A stretch of 64,000 nt of DNA, from NCBI RefSeq assembly GCF_026571515.1, contig NW_026867118.1, forward strand, positions 124,001-188,000. Reading direction: 5' to 3'. This document shows, one piece after another, positions 51,101 through 62,900 of the stretch; the stretch's first letter is position 1, and every line of letters begins with the position of its first letter. Origin of the DNA: Ruditapes philippinarum. Its lineage: Eukaryota. The position numbers and the translations under genes are program-made. A model generated the notes under the pieces. The model was given only the letters and a program-made list of their open reading frames with translations, had not been told where the DNA came from and ran no database searches.

Positions 51101-54100
51101 GTTCTGTCAACAATTTGACATCTCTGCTGATGGCTTGAATAGAGACTGACAAAAAAGTTTTATTTTTGAAATTTAGATTGTCATTCATATAGATGTATAC
51201 ATGCAACTTCAACTTCATGTTTATGTCCTTATCGGTAGACTCTAGACATATTCCTGAAAAACAAGAGTACAAAAAAAGATGTCTCAGATTAGATATCGAC
51301 CAAACAGGAAATAAAACATATCAATGGAGACTTTGTTCCGACGAAATGTGGGTATTTTGTACGTCTGGTGAGTTTTGTTTATATTATAGCTATGATATTT
51401 TCCAGGTATATATGACTTACTGCACAATTTTAATATCATCTCAGCATTTAATAACGTTTAACTTAATAAACTTTAAAAGGCAATCTGATGTACGTAAATG
51501 GTTACAAAAGGAGCGACATGTTATAAGGGGAAAATTACAGCATGTATGTAAAGCTTTAACCCAACCTGCGTAAATGACCACGGGCGCAGCAATTTCTAAA
51601 CATCTTTATATAACGGATTTATAATACAGCAAGATAAATTTATTTAAGGGGAAACGAAAATAATTCACTTTATAAATTATCAACAACCGTGTATATAGTT
51701 AATACAAGTTTGCGTCATTAAAAAATTAGAATGAGAGGTCTTTTTCATCTTGATTGCTCAAATGTCGAGAAAAAAGGAATTGAAAGGTTGAATTGCATTT
51801 GCGAACAATTGCGGCTATTTCTGTCAGTCTCCGAATAAGTTCTTATAAGGAATAATCAAGTTAAAGGAGTAGCAAGTACACGGTTTACACAGCCATATAA
51901 CAGTGCTTGGTGTTATTGTAGCAATAAAGTGTTTACTGTGCATGGAAACAAGAAATAGTAAAACGATATTCAGAAAACAATTATCAATTTATACAGATGA
52001 AAAGATAAAAAACGGAATGAACCACTGTCCGTAGCGTAATGTAACATAAAAGATATTTCCCACCTGTTCTTTTACCGATTTTTTCTCCTCGATGTTATTT
52101 TGTCTTTTGAGTAGTATCGTGTTCTAGTCCGGTTGCAGCCGACAACTGTGGAGTGGATCTTTTGTTTTGGGTTTTACGTCACATCGACACAGTATAGGTC
52201 ATATCGCAGCGTTCCAGCTTTACTGGTGGACGAAGACCTCAGGCGCCCTTCCGTGCATTATTTCAGGCACGAACGGGCACCTGAGTAGAACCACCGACGT
52301 TCCGTAAGCTAGCTGAAAGAATCCAAAGTCCCTGTTGGGATTCGAACCAACAGCGATGAGGGGCAAGTGGTTTGAAGTCAACGACCTTAACCACTCGGCC
52401 ACGGACGCCCCATGGAGTGTATCTGATAACATCTCCAATAACCATCACGATTATCCAGTGAAAAGCGACGATAAAAACGTTCACTATTATAAAATGTTTT
52501 GACCCTGTTTACATGTACTGCTGCATTGTACGGATATGTTGAATGTCAGATGTACTGTTAAAATAGTAATGTTGTAAAAAACTTTATGTGTTTTTTTTAG
52601 ATTTTAACCAATCAGTCAAAATTTGTTATAAAAAAAAAAGTTGGAGGAATGCAGCGTCACTGTGTTTTCAAACACATGGTTATCCGATTGGATATGAAAA
52701 CGTACGGAATGTGATTTTCGTGGCCAAATACGGCTGGGCAGGGATCGTGTGGAGCGATGTAATTTTCAACGATAATGGTATTTTTTTCCATAAAATAATG
52801 TTTTCAGAAGATTGGAACGATTTTTGTAAACAACTACGTAAAACAAGAAAAAAGTTTCAAAATCCGAATTCCACACTGAAAAGCTCTAAATCATTTTGGT
52901 TTAGATTTCTGGATAAAAGAGTCTCCCAAAATCAAATACATGCAATTAAAGGTTTTCTTATATTATTAATACGTTTATGCGTAAATAACTAATACATGAA
53001 TACATTCATGTGTAAATCACCAATGACCAATTAAGAAAACGCATTTGTTGATTTTTTATCTGTTTATTATCAGTAGTTACTTCTTTTACTTGAAAGAGAA
53101 ATTAAATATAATCTAAATTATGCGATTCAGCAATTTGATTTTGTTTACTCATTTTAGATTTAGAAAACTCGAAAACTTTGTTGGACATCAGTTATGGGTA
53201 TTTGAAATATGTTAGTCCTTACGGATATGTTTTACATTTTTCAAAAGAAGACACAGGAAAATATATTCTCTGCAATGGTAAGATTATTTTATTTATATTT
53301 ATAAGTGTATTATTCGATTAGGTCAATTACAAAATATGTACAGGGCAAATTTTAATCATGCAATTGTAATGCGATCTTTCATTATGAAAACAAAAACAAA
53401 AGCAAAACAAACATAAAACCGAAAGAGAACTTGCAAATAATTTAGCGAACACTTTCATGCCGGTAAATGCAGTTTATTATAGTGCAAATAAACTTCTCGA
53501 TTTTTCATTGGTCGAAACGTCCTTTTTATCATCATTGAATCTACGATTTATCAATTCAAGAGACCCTTTTGTCTCCTTACTTAAATAGCAAATAGCGGAC
53601 ATTCGTTGTTTCAATTTTTAAATCACCGTATCTTTTTGTCAGTCATTTTGCGATAATTACAAGTTTGATGATTGTTGCTCACTTTAAACATACTTTGTAA
53701 CAAAAAAAAAAACACTTATTTTTGTACACGTACGATTATATATAATCACGAGGATGCACGATTTCGTTGATTTTGACATGCTTAAACATCTCTATTCAAA
53801 ACCTTTCTAACGTTATTAACACGAGCCATCAGCTTAAAACAGTTTTAAACTACAAGAAATCGCAGTTTTAATAGAGTAAGTCGATGACTATTGTTGTAAA
53901 AATAAAATGGTCTGGAAACGGTTTGAGAATACATGTATTGGAGAAATAAGAGCTTAAGTAATGGTTCGCACAAAACTCCGTTATTCAGTAAAGCACATTT
54001 TTACTGATTTGGTGGAGGTAAATGTGTGTAATAAGGTATGAATGGGGAACAAAAATTCTGACTGGCACAACGGACCATGAGTTCCAAGAAGGTCATTTAT

Positions 54101-57100
54101 TGAATATTCTTCTCCCGGGAAGGCAAACGTGTTTCATGTCGGTATTACCGAGATTTAACGCTATAAAAGGTCATGAAATATTGTCAGAAACTACGCCATG
54201 TCGAGATTTAGGTATATTCGTCTATTTCATGATAACACCCCATCGCATACATCTAAGATTGTGAAGTCAATTTTGTAGTTTGAGAAAATTACCCCTTTAC
54301 CACACCAGCCATACTCTCAAGATCTAACCCCAAAAGACTCAAAAAGTTCTTATCATGTCGTCGACACAAGCCCCGACAGACCCTCAGTTAACTCATCAAT
54401 CAATGCCTCAGAGGTTTACCTAAATCAGCGTACAGTGACACATTTCATAAAAGGATTCAGAGCTATAAATTATGCACATTGTATCATAAACTGCGGATAT
54501 TTTTTTTTGAAAAAATGTCATTTTCATTCGGCAATTTTGGTCGCATGCTTTTTGAATAATATACAGCACATATTTAATATTTCATTATTATTGAAAATCA
54601 TTAAAATTCGTTAACGAGCATCACTTGAGAAATTCCTCTCAACAGGAATCATTGGAAATAACAATAATTGAGTTTTTAACAATTGATAAAATGAACTTGT
54701 TAAGATTTGAGCTTTGTTATGTATTACTGTACACCTAGCTCAGTTAATTATCAAGACAACTGGCGATGCTAACTATATAAACAACCGGAATTGTATTTCT
54801 ATAAACGATCAAAACTATATATTTCTGTTCATAAAACAGAAATGATTTTTTGGCTACTAAGTCTTTTCTTCATGTAACCGGTGCGTCAATAAAACGTTTC
54901 TTTGGTTCAGTGGTTTTAAGCATTGTATAACTTTGCATGTAAACTTTATTATTGCAGTCTCTTGTTCCGTTTCTTGTCAAATATGTTTAACGTCTTTTCA
55001 CAGATACATCCGTGAGAACAGAAACAACAAAATTGACAACTATCGCTCGTGATACTTCGAGTACAAAACGTACGCATGTAACCTGTGTGTGATTTATGCA
55101 TATATCTGTTCCGAGAAATTAATTTTAAATTTGATTATTAATCAATAATAATTTTAGGAAATTTAAGAAACTTATTAATTTCAAGCAATTATTATAATCT
55201 CATTTATAGATATCAATCTAACTTACGGAAAAAGTAATATTTATTAACAGTTATAAAACAGTAAAACAAGCTAAATTGTTTCATTATAAACAACCGCAAT
55301 GGTATTTGTATTCACAACATGATTGGTTTTGTATATATAACCCAAATGTGTTTTTGTCTGAATTATCAAAACGATATCTATTCATATGACAGGAATGTTT
55401 TTGTAACTAATAAAGTCTTTCCTTCATGTAATCAGTGCGTCAGTAAATCGTTCATTTGGCTCAGTGGTTTAGAGCGCTTCATTAGATTGCGTTTAATTTT
55501 CATTGTACTAGTCTTGAGTTTCGTTTTAAGCCAATAATGTTCAACATCTTTTCACAGATACGCCTGTAGAAAAAGAAACAACACAATTGACAACTATCAC
55601 AAGTGATGATAACTCTTCGCCTACAAAACATACTCATATAACCAGTATATGATTTATGCATTTATCCGTTATTATTATTTAAGAAAGTTATAATAATTGA
55701 TATATTTTGAAGATTAAATAACCTTATTGATTTCAAGCAATCATTATAACCTCATTTAACGGGATCGACCTATCTAACAGAGTAAGAAAATATTATAACA
55801 GGTATTTAACAGTATATCAATTGTTCTGTGATAGGCATTGTCATTAATATAATATTTTGTGCAAGTATATGACTGTATTAATACTGATGTTCGGATATAT
55901 ACCATGTCTAAACTTATTGGTGTTTACAATGATTACAGCAACGACAACAGAACGACTTTCATCAACATCTTGGTCAAACACACCAAATACACACGTCTGT
56001 TTCGTTGGCTGACGAGATAAGAAAGTCACACAATGACTCATCAACCAAAGGTAAAGGACAAATCAAAATCGATTTAGTGCCTTTGTTTCATTTTCACAAT
56101 GGTTCATGTGAGTGTGTAAAAGCATTCTCAGTGACTTGGATTGATATTTTAATAAGCAAGAATCAAATATTAGCAATACAAAAGAGAGAAAGAAAAAAAT
56201 GGGGTGTGTAAAATTTTGAGCTGATCAAGTGGTGGTTGAGTATAAGAAAGAAGCCATTGTAAATGTGTAAACACTTACAAACCTAAATTCATTCTACATG
56301 TATTACTGAATCTTTTTCTTTAGCAGTATTTCTTGGTTTACAGGCATTACTTGCCTTTCTAGCGTCGATCTTTAGCGTTATTATTAACTTAAATCTCTAT
56401 GAATAAAGACCGATACATGTTTATTTTCAGATACTGACATACCTGTCATTGTAGGCGTATCAGTTTCAGCTATCCTGGTTGTCGTTATAATTGTGATCAT
56501 TCTGATCCTAGTCAAACGGTATGTTTCCTCATTTGAAAGGAATTTAGATACTATAAGCCTCCTTAGATGTTTTCATAGTGCAACGTAACTTACTTCTTGG
56601 TGAAGTTTACAAAAATATCAATGTTTCTTTTCCAAAACAGGATTGAAGTAAATCTTTTTCACAAGTATGTGTTGATATTTATGTATTTATGAAATATGCT
56701 TTATTTTATTTATCTGCTTTAGCATTTAAATAAAGTAATTCTAATTGGTTTTACATTTGTGATTTATTCTTCTTTTCTGCTGATACATTTTTATAGGAAG
56801 AAAATACGTTGTTGTACTGAAGGAAAGCAGTTAACTGAGGTGGCTGATCAAAAAAATTCAAAGACTAAAAATCCTATTTCACACGTAAACAATTCTTACG
56901 AGCTTGTTGATGCTGAATATATAGATACAGCTATCAAAACAACATCTGATTTGTGTGATGGCACTTACAACATGCCCGAACAAGAAGCAGATGAAGTAAA
57001 CACAAACGTAACAACATACGACATCGCTGGTACCGACAGACAAACATTAAAACAGGAACACGACAATATATATAATAAACTGCAATCTGAAAGCAGTCCC

Positions 57101-57319
57101 ATATATGATCACACCAATGATAAATCTAAAACTGGAATTCAAGCGTCTGATGATACATACAACACAACGAAAGATATATCAGCGAATTCTGGATTTAAAC
57201 TTGGCGGCAATCATGCAGTTGGTATGAATACCATTGAAGAAAGCCCTTACAATCACACTAACTCTGATCCGTTTGAACAAAAACAAGTAGACAATGTCTA
57301 CAACACTGCTAGCTTTTAG
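45194..57319 (+). CDS. Uncharacterised type I membrane receptor, paralogue 1: signal peptide, split C-type-lectin-like domain with nested WSC domain, second lectin-like domain, Thr-rich stalk, TM helix, Tyr-rich tail (~564 aa)
   Basis: Exons 45194-45242 (MKMDLFFLSVLVTVFQ, signal peptide), 46036-46221, 46708-46829, 49613-49745, 51239-51367, 52601-52777, 53158-53277, 55004-55084 (or 55069), 55558-55644, [55939-56050, frameshifted], 56431-56518 (IPVIVGVSVSAILVVVIIVIILILVKR, TM), 56797-57319. In frame when the bracketed exon is skipped. WSC signature YIGC...C...C...FIG.Q...CYC...C...C...CGG...SVY. Confidence 0.82.
48657..49320 (+). mobile_element. Degenerate HINE-like element with an internal tandem array
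   Basis: (GTCC/GTCT)n microsatellite followed by about four repeats containing CAAGGGATTTT...TACTTGGCACAAATGTT. Confidence 0.65.
50237..50534. mobile_element. Foldback MITE with ~78-bp imperfect inverted arms
   Basis: TGTCGGGTACTTGAAACGGTGCAGATTTTCCGTGATA... (50237-50314) mirrors ...TATCACGGAAAATCTGCACCGTTTCAGGTACCCGACA (50457-50534). Confidence 0.75.
52161..52412 (-). mobile_element. Essentially full-length tRNA-derived SINE (Meta-core-like)
   Basis: Box A TGGCCGAGTGG, box B GGTTCGAATCC, core GGTGGTTCTACTCAGGTGCCCGTTCGTGCCTGAAATAATGCACGG, and a 12-bp TSD TGGAGTG(G/T)ATCT. Degenerate copies lie at ~7400-7590, 12240-12500, 25660-25935, 45700-45920, 48140-48220, 49810-49990 and 50960-51130. 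Confidence 0.88.
54265..54510 (+). pseudogene. Decayed mariner transposase C-terminal fragment
   Basis: Translates to EKITPLPHQPYSQDLTPKD (compare the mariner HPPYSPDLAP.D motif), then after a frameshift LKKFLSCRR...QCLRGLPKSAYSDTF.KRIQ, with a stop. Confidence 0.7.
54780..55810 (+). repeat. ~550-bp tandem duplication, each copy carrying a Thr-rich exon
   Basis: 54780-55260 aligns with 55330-55810 (AAGTCTTT.CTTCATGTAA.C.GTGCGTCA..., TCTTTTCACAG|ATAC..., TTTCAAGCAAT). Confidence 0.85.
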
Positions 57320-58739
57320 TAAAATGTTGAAAGGCAGGAACACGCACAATTCAATTTATAAGCTGATACAGAAGATTGATGAAATATAGTACAAACTGTA
57401 TATTGTTATGCATTATTATATTTGTTATAAGACATTACGGAAAGTTATGTTGACATATATTTTATCTTTTGTAAAGCAAATTCCTTCTACGGTTATGAAG
57501 CCGCTCTAACACTATTAGTATATCGAGGAATGTTCGTAGAAAATATTCTTTATTCTGCATGACCTCTGTGTGGCATTGATTGCAAAAACGTTTTGAGCAG
57601 GTGCTCTAATGAACGCTGTAAATGATGAATGACCATTTTGTTTTGGTTTTCTCTGATCTTCTATGACCTGTATTGACATTCTCAAATAAATGTTTTTAGG
57701 AGGAACTCATAAAATAAAAATAGAGTCTATTGTCTTTTATGTGATAGGCTTATTTTTAAAACGGGATAGTAAATATAATAATCAATTAAGATTGATCGTA
57801 CAGATTCAACAGATGTATTTACTAATTCCTTTACAAAGCTATGGACTATTCAATTGTGCTAATTAAGAAATACAAATCTGCAACGTGCTCAAGATGAGGT
57901 ATTTTCAACACTCGCCTCCCGACGTCTGTCCGTTCGGGCTTGAGGGATATTATGGGATGAATATCCTTGTTCATTATGTACAGCCTTGTGGGGGTAAAAG
58001 TTTGCTGATGAGGTGAAAATATGTTGCTTATTGGGTTTCAGAGATCAAGGAAATAAGCCCATAATGGGAACTGAAGGAGAACATCCGTCCTTCCACACTT
58101 CTTTTGTAAACAACACCCCCTTAACCATTTGGTTAATAATACAAAAAACTTTGTAGGTTTTATTGTTAAAGTTAACGTTTGTGCTTATTTAATTATGAAA
58201 GGAAATATGCTATTACACATCAAACGTCTATTCCGGTAGAATTGCTTAATTTGTTTAATATTTTTTTATAAAGGAAGTAAAGGGTAAAAGAAGTTAAATC
58301 AATAAGTCAAGAATTATATTTTGTTTCTCAACCTTGAAAGTAAAGTGTTCATCACTTATATAAATATATAATATATTTTAATGTAAATACTACATGTAAG
58401 TACAAGGATTGTCCTAAAAGATCGCATAAAGTTCCGTAATGACAATTTTACATTTCTGAGGAAACATTTGTATTTACTATTGGAAGTCTCACGGCAAATT
58501 GTACGAAAAGTAGTATATGTCATTCAATCAAAATTTTGAAAAAATACACTAATACGTTCTTACAGCATACACAATTAACTAAACCAGATACAAAGAAAAG
58601 ATAATCAAACATGACGTGGTTTGACGATAACGACAAGCGCAACATAACGAAGTTATGTGCATCTCTTTAAATATTGTCAAATTTTTTTAATGTATCAATC
58701 AAAATGATAATCAAAACAGATTTGAATATCTAGTACGGT

Positions 58740-59760
58740 TTACAAAAGACACGGGTTTGTGATAAAAACCACAGGCGAAACACCACGTGCACAACAAAAT
58801 TCCTGTAGAGTTTCATGACCCTAGTTAAAATACTTTTGAGCTATGTGTGACACAAGTTGGAGATTACAAACGTTTAGTAAGTCAAGGGCAAAACATTTGA
58901 CAAAACAAAATAAATCCACAAGTTAAACCCTAGGTGCATAGACTGAGCAACATTCCTGTAAAGTTTCATGACCCTAGGTCGAATAAGTTTTGAGCTACAT
59001 GCGACGCAAATTGAAATTTGCAAATTTTTACTTTGTCAAGGGCAATAACTCTGACAAAATACTTAACTCTACAAAAACTAAATAAATCCACACGAACATA
59101 CCCGGGTGCACATCTCAATCTAATTAAAATCAGCTTTAAATAACGCTCCGCTTTTAGATCTAACAGTGACCAAATACAAAGTCATTTCTGGTAACCTTTA
59201 ACACAGCCATTCATCGGCGAGCTTTCATAATTTTGAAAGCGATGCAGTTTCTAATTTTAACCCTGGGAAAGACAATACTGAATAGGTTATTTTCACGATT
59301 TCAAGAACAAACATGGCGTTGTCATCAAGTTAACTGGCAAAAATAAAATCTTTGCTCATTAAAAATTGACTCTATTTTTTCAAGTTAATTTGTTAAAAAT
59401 TACTTCAAACATTTTTTTTTCAACAAAAATCAACAATTTGTTAAATTTCCACGGATAACCGAATTTTGATAATTCGTCTACTGGCTATCTGTCAAAACCG
59501 ATTTGATTGCATTGCTAAAAATAGCTTTCTCGGGAAATCCGAATTATAAAGAAGGCGAACCATATTCGGTCGTCATTAGATGCACAGGAAATAAATAAGT
59601 AGATCTGAACTTTAGTCACATTGGTGCACAACTACACATGCTGGGCAACATCCATGTAATGGTTCATGACTCTAGGTCAAATACTTTTTGAGCTACGTGC
59701 GACACAAAATGAGAACGGATGGACGGACAGACGGACAAGGGTCAATCTAAATGCCCCCTT
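58740..59760 (-). mobile_element. HINE-like element interrupted by a ~510-bp insertion
   Basis: Repeated GTTTCATGACCCTAGGTC units, (GGAC)n at 59716-59738 and an ATGCCCCC end. The insertion 59113-59622 is flanked by GGTGCACA. Confidence 0.6.
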
Positions 59761-59998
59761 ATAGTGAGAGCACACAAATCGTCTTCCGTATATCAGTGTG
59801 TAATGACGGGAAATGACTAACGTCCGGCTAAGTTTGTGAATTAAGCAATAAGTGTTACTAAAGACATATACTACATACATGTATATCCTATAGTTCGTGC
59901 ACAGCTACACGTACTTACCATTAAATTTCCTTATGTATGCACCAAGTTTGAATAATTTCATTTTCGGAAAAGACTCTTATAGAAGAATAAAAGCATAC

Positions 59999-62900
59999 AT
60001 GTGGAGAATGAAACTGGATATACTCATTCTTTGTACTATAGAGATCATATTTCAAGGTAAACTTCTTTATTATTTGTTGTATGTTGTTTTGTCATATAAA
60101 TAACTTATAATTGATACTTAAATTAAATATATTATAATTGGTACTTAAATAATGTTTTAATAAAGACTTTGAAACGTTAATTTCTAATAACAGAGTTAGT
60201 TTAAGTTGAACCCATATAACCCGGATGGCTTCCGACATAAGAATTTATTCTGTTTAAACCTGTTTAAAGTTGGTATCCCGGTTACATAAATTTTCTGTAA
60301 TAAAATAACACATGAACCATAGGTATGATATTTAACTAAAATGGAAGGGATGGGGAATGTACAGTTTACAAATTTGGAAAGTTTTTCTTTTGTGTCAACA
60401 TGTCGATATTGCTATTGATAATTTTGAAAGAACCGTGTTGGAATTTCTTTTATCGCGTGAATCAATCTGCAAATTGTCTTTGCAATTTAAGTTTATGATG
60501 AAATATCTTAAAATAATATATGATAAACATAATCAACAGGGAAAGGCGGCGTTCAATGAACGCAACCCCCGCATGACTCTTCTTTTACAAGTTGACAAAT
60601 TGAATGACGCTTAACAAATGTCAAGTATTTGTTAAAACAATTGTCAGAGGACCACCAACAGAATAAGGTTATTCAATTGAATTAAAAATATCCTTTGAGT
60701 AATTTCATGTTTGTTTTAGAGTCATGGTGTTATTATGTTTCGAATACAACATTTACATTGACAAAGAAGAGCAATAATTGTGAGATAGCTACACCTGCTG
60801 TACAATACGGTAACCAAAAGCTTACAGTTGATATGAATGGACATTCTATAAAGAAAGAGGTCTGGGTTTGTTACTATCAACAAACTGCTTTGTTTGAGTA
60901 TATTGGTAAATTTTACGTTTTTATTGTTAAAATAAACAATTTTCTATGGAGCTTAAAAATCTGAAACTACATTTTACCTATGCGGGAAAGGTGGTATTAT
61001 GCTTTGTAAAACATGACCCAAACATATATTTATAATTTTCTTAGACTTTCGAGTTGTTCAGAAAAAATATGTTAAACTTGATGGGGAATCGGACGATAAA
61101 GTGGATTGCCTCCGAAATTTTATTCATAACCAAATGTAAAATTTTTATTATTTATATAATGTTTGTTTTCTGAAGTATGCAAGAAAACATGTTTTCTCTA
61201 TTTCAAATGTGCCGGTCACAACTGATATATGAATGCCTATGTTGTTGTTACATATAGGTTGCATGAGTTCGGAGGACTTACAAATACCCAAAATTCAACT
61301 CGGTACACCGAATATTGGACGATGTTATTCTGCTTGTTCCAACACGCCTTTTATCGGGATTCAGAGGAAAGAGGTATAGCATGATCGTTCACCTTATAAG
61401 CTTTAGCTGAGAGAACAGATGATACAGAGGTCTTTTCCACTGTAGATGTTTTGAATATGTTAATACCGTAACTATGACAACGGAATATGATGGCTCTTTT
61501 TACCGTGGCATATTTTATTAATAAGGAAATAAGTAGGAAATTGGAAATATGACATGTTAATTTTAAATAATAAATATTTTAACAGATCTTGTAAATTTTG
61601 ATGAGTATATATGAAAGCTGTTTAGATTTTGTTATTATACTGAGGGTTTTGAAATATTTAATCACTTATGAATTTATATACATTAACATGAAGTAAATCT
61701 ATTCTCTGTCTTTATAGTGTAAGCTATTTGGCTTCATCCTTTAATCACAATAAGATTTAGAAAGAAATATTAACTTTATATTTTAAACAAATCAAAATGT
61801 TCTCAGCAATATAGGCTAAACAATAACCATAAACCAGTTTTTAAAACAGACGGGTTGAAATATATTATGTTAAACTTAAGGTGGAACCCAACTAATAAAT
61901 ACCCCCGCTTTGAAGAGTATTCAATAGGCTTACTATAGTAATCAATTTTAACTGAGTGGCGTGGTTCCCCAGAGAGGGCAAAATTTGTTCTTTTTTCTTT
62001 TAACATTATTAAATTAATGGATCACTCAGATCCATTTTGGAAAGAATAAAGTGTTTAATTCAATTTATATAATAATTAAAGGTGTTAATTGGCTAAATAA
62101 TGCTTTATTTATTGACAGATATGGTACCTGATATTTTCAAGTCAAATGAAATATTAAATACTCGATAAAAGTACATTGAACCTACATACTTTTGAGAAAA
62201 TTAAGGGAAACTTTGATAATCCCCATATTTTGGTTATTTTTGAATTTGAATTAGGCTCTCTAAAAGAAAAATGGCTAAACAAGTGTATAAAGTGATGAGG
62301 TAGTGTAACATTTGTATACATATTTCAAATATTTTGAGCAAAATCAATTAATTTGCTCGGTAAAAGTACATTGAAAATTAAGGGAAACTTTGATTATCCC
62401 CATATTTTGGTTATTTTTGAATTTGAATTAGGCTCTCTAAGAGAAAAATGGCTAAACAAGTGTATAAAGTGATGAGGTAGTGTAACATTTGTATACATAT
62501 TTCAAATATTTTGAGAAAAATCAATTATTTTAATGTTAATTAAATGTTATTATTTGTTACTAAACACTGATCAGTAGGAAAATATTTTTCGTAAGGATGT
62601 TATTATAGATTCTTAAACTGAAAATTAACCCTTCTTATATCTAAAAAGTGCCCTTAACTAGTAATTCGTAGGTATATTTTGATTACATTTTGCACACCGG
62701 CGTTCTTTGTTGACTGTTTGGCAGTTCCTTATAGTGCCAATAACAAGGGTCATACAACAAGAAGTTTTGTTTTGTTTTTTGTTTTGCCTGCAGGATGCAA
62801 GCTGAATAATCATCGTCCGAACCCTCTTCCCCATGAAATAGCTTTTTTGTTTTAATTAAATTATTGCATCTATTATGTACTGAATTTTCTACCACATTCT

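Noticed and set aside
56797-57319. Canonical ITIM or ITAM in the receptor tail
   Set aside because: SYELV and IYNKL lack the required -2 residue and there is no YxxL-x(6-8)-YxxL pair; reported as non-canonical Tyr motifs instead.
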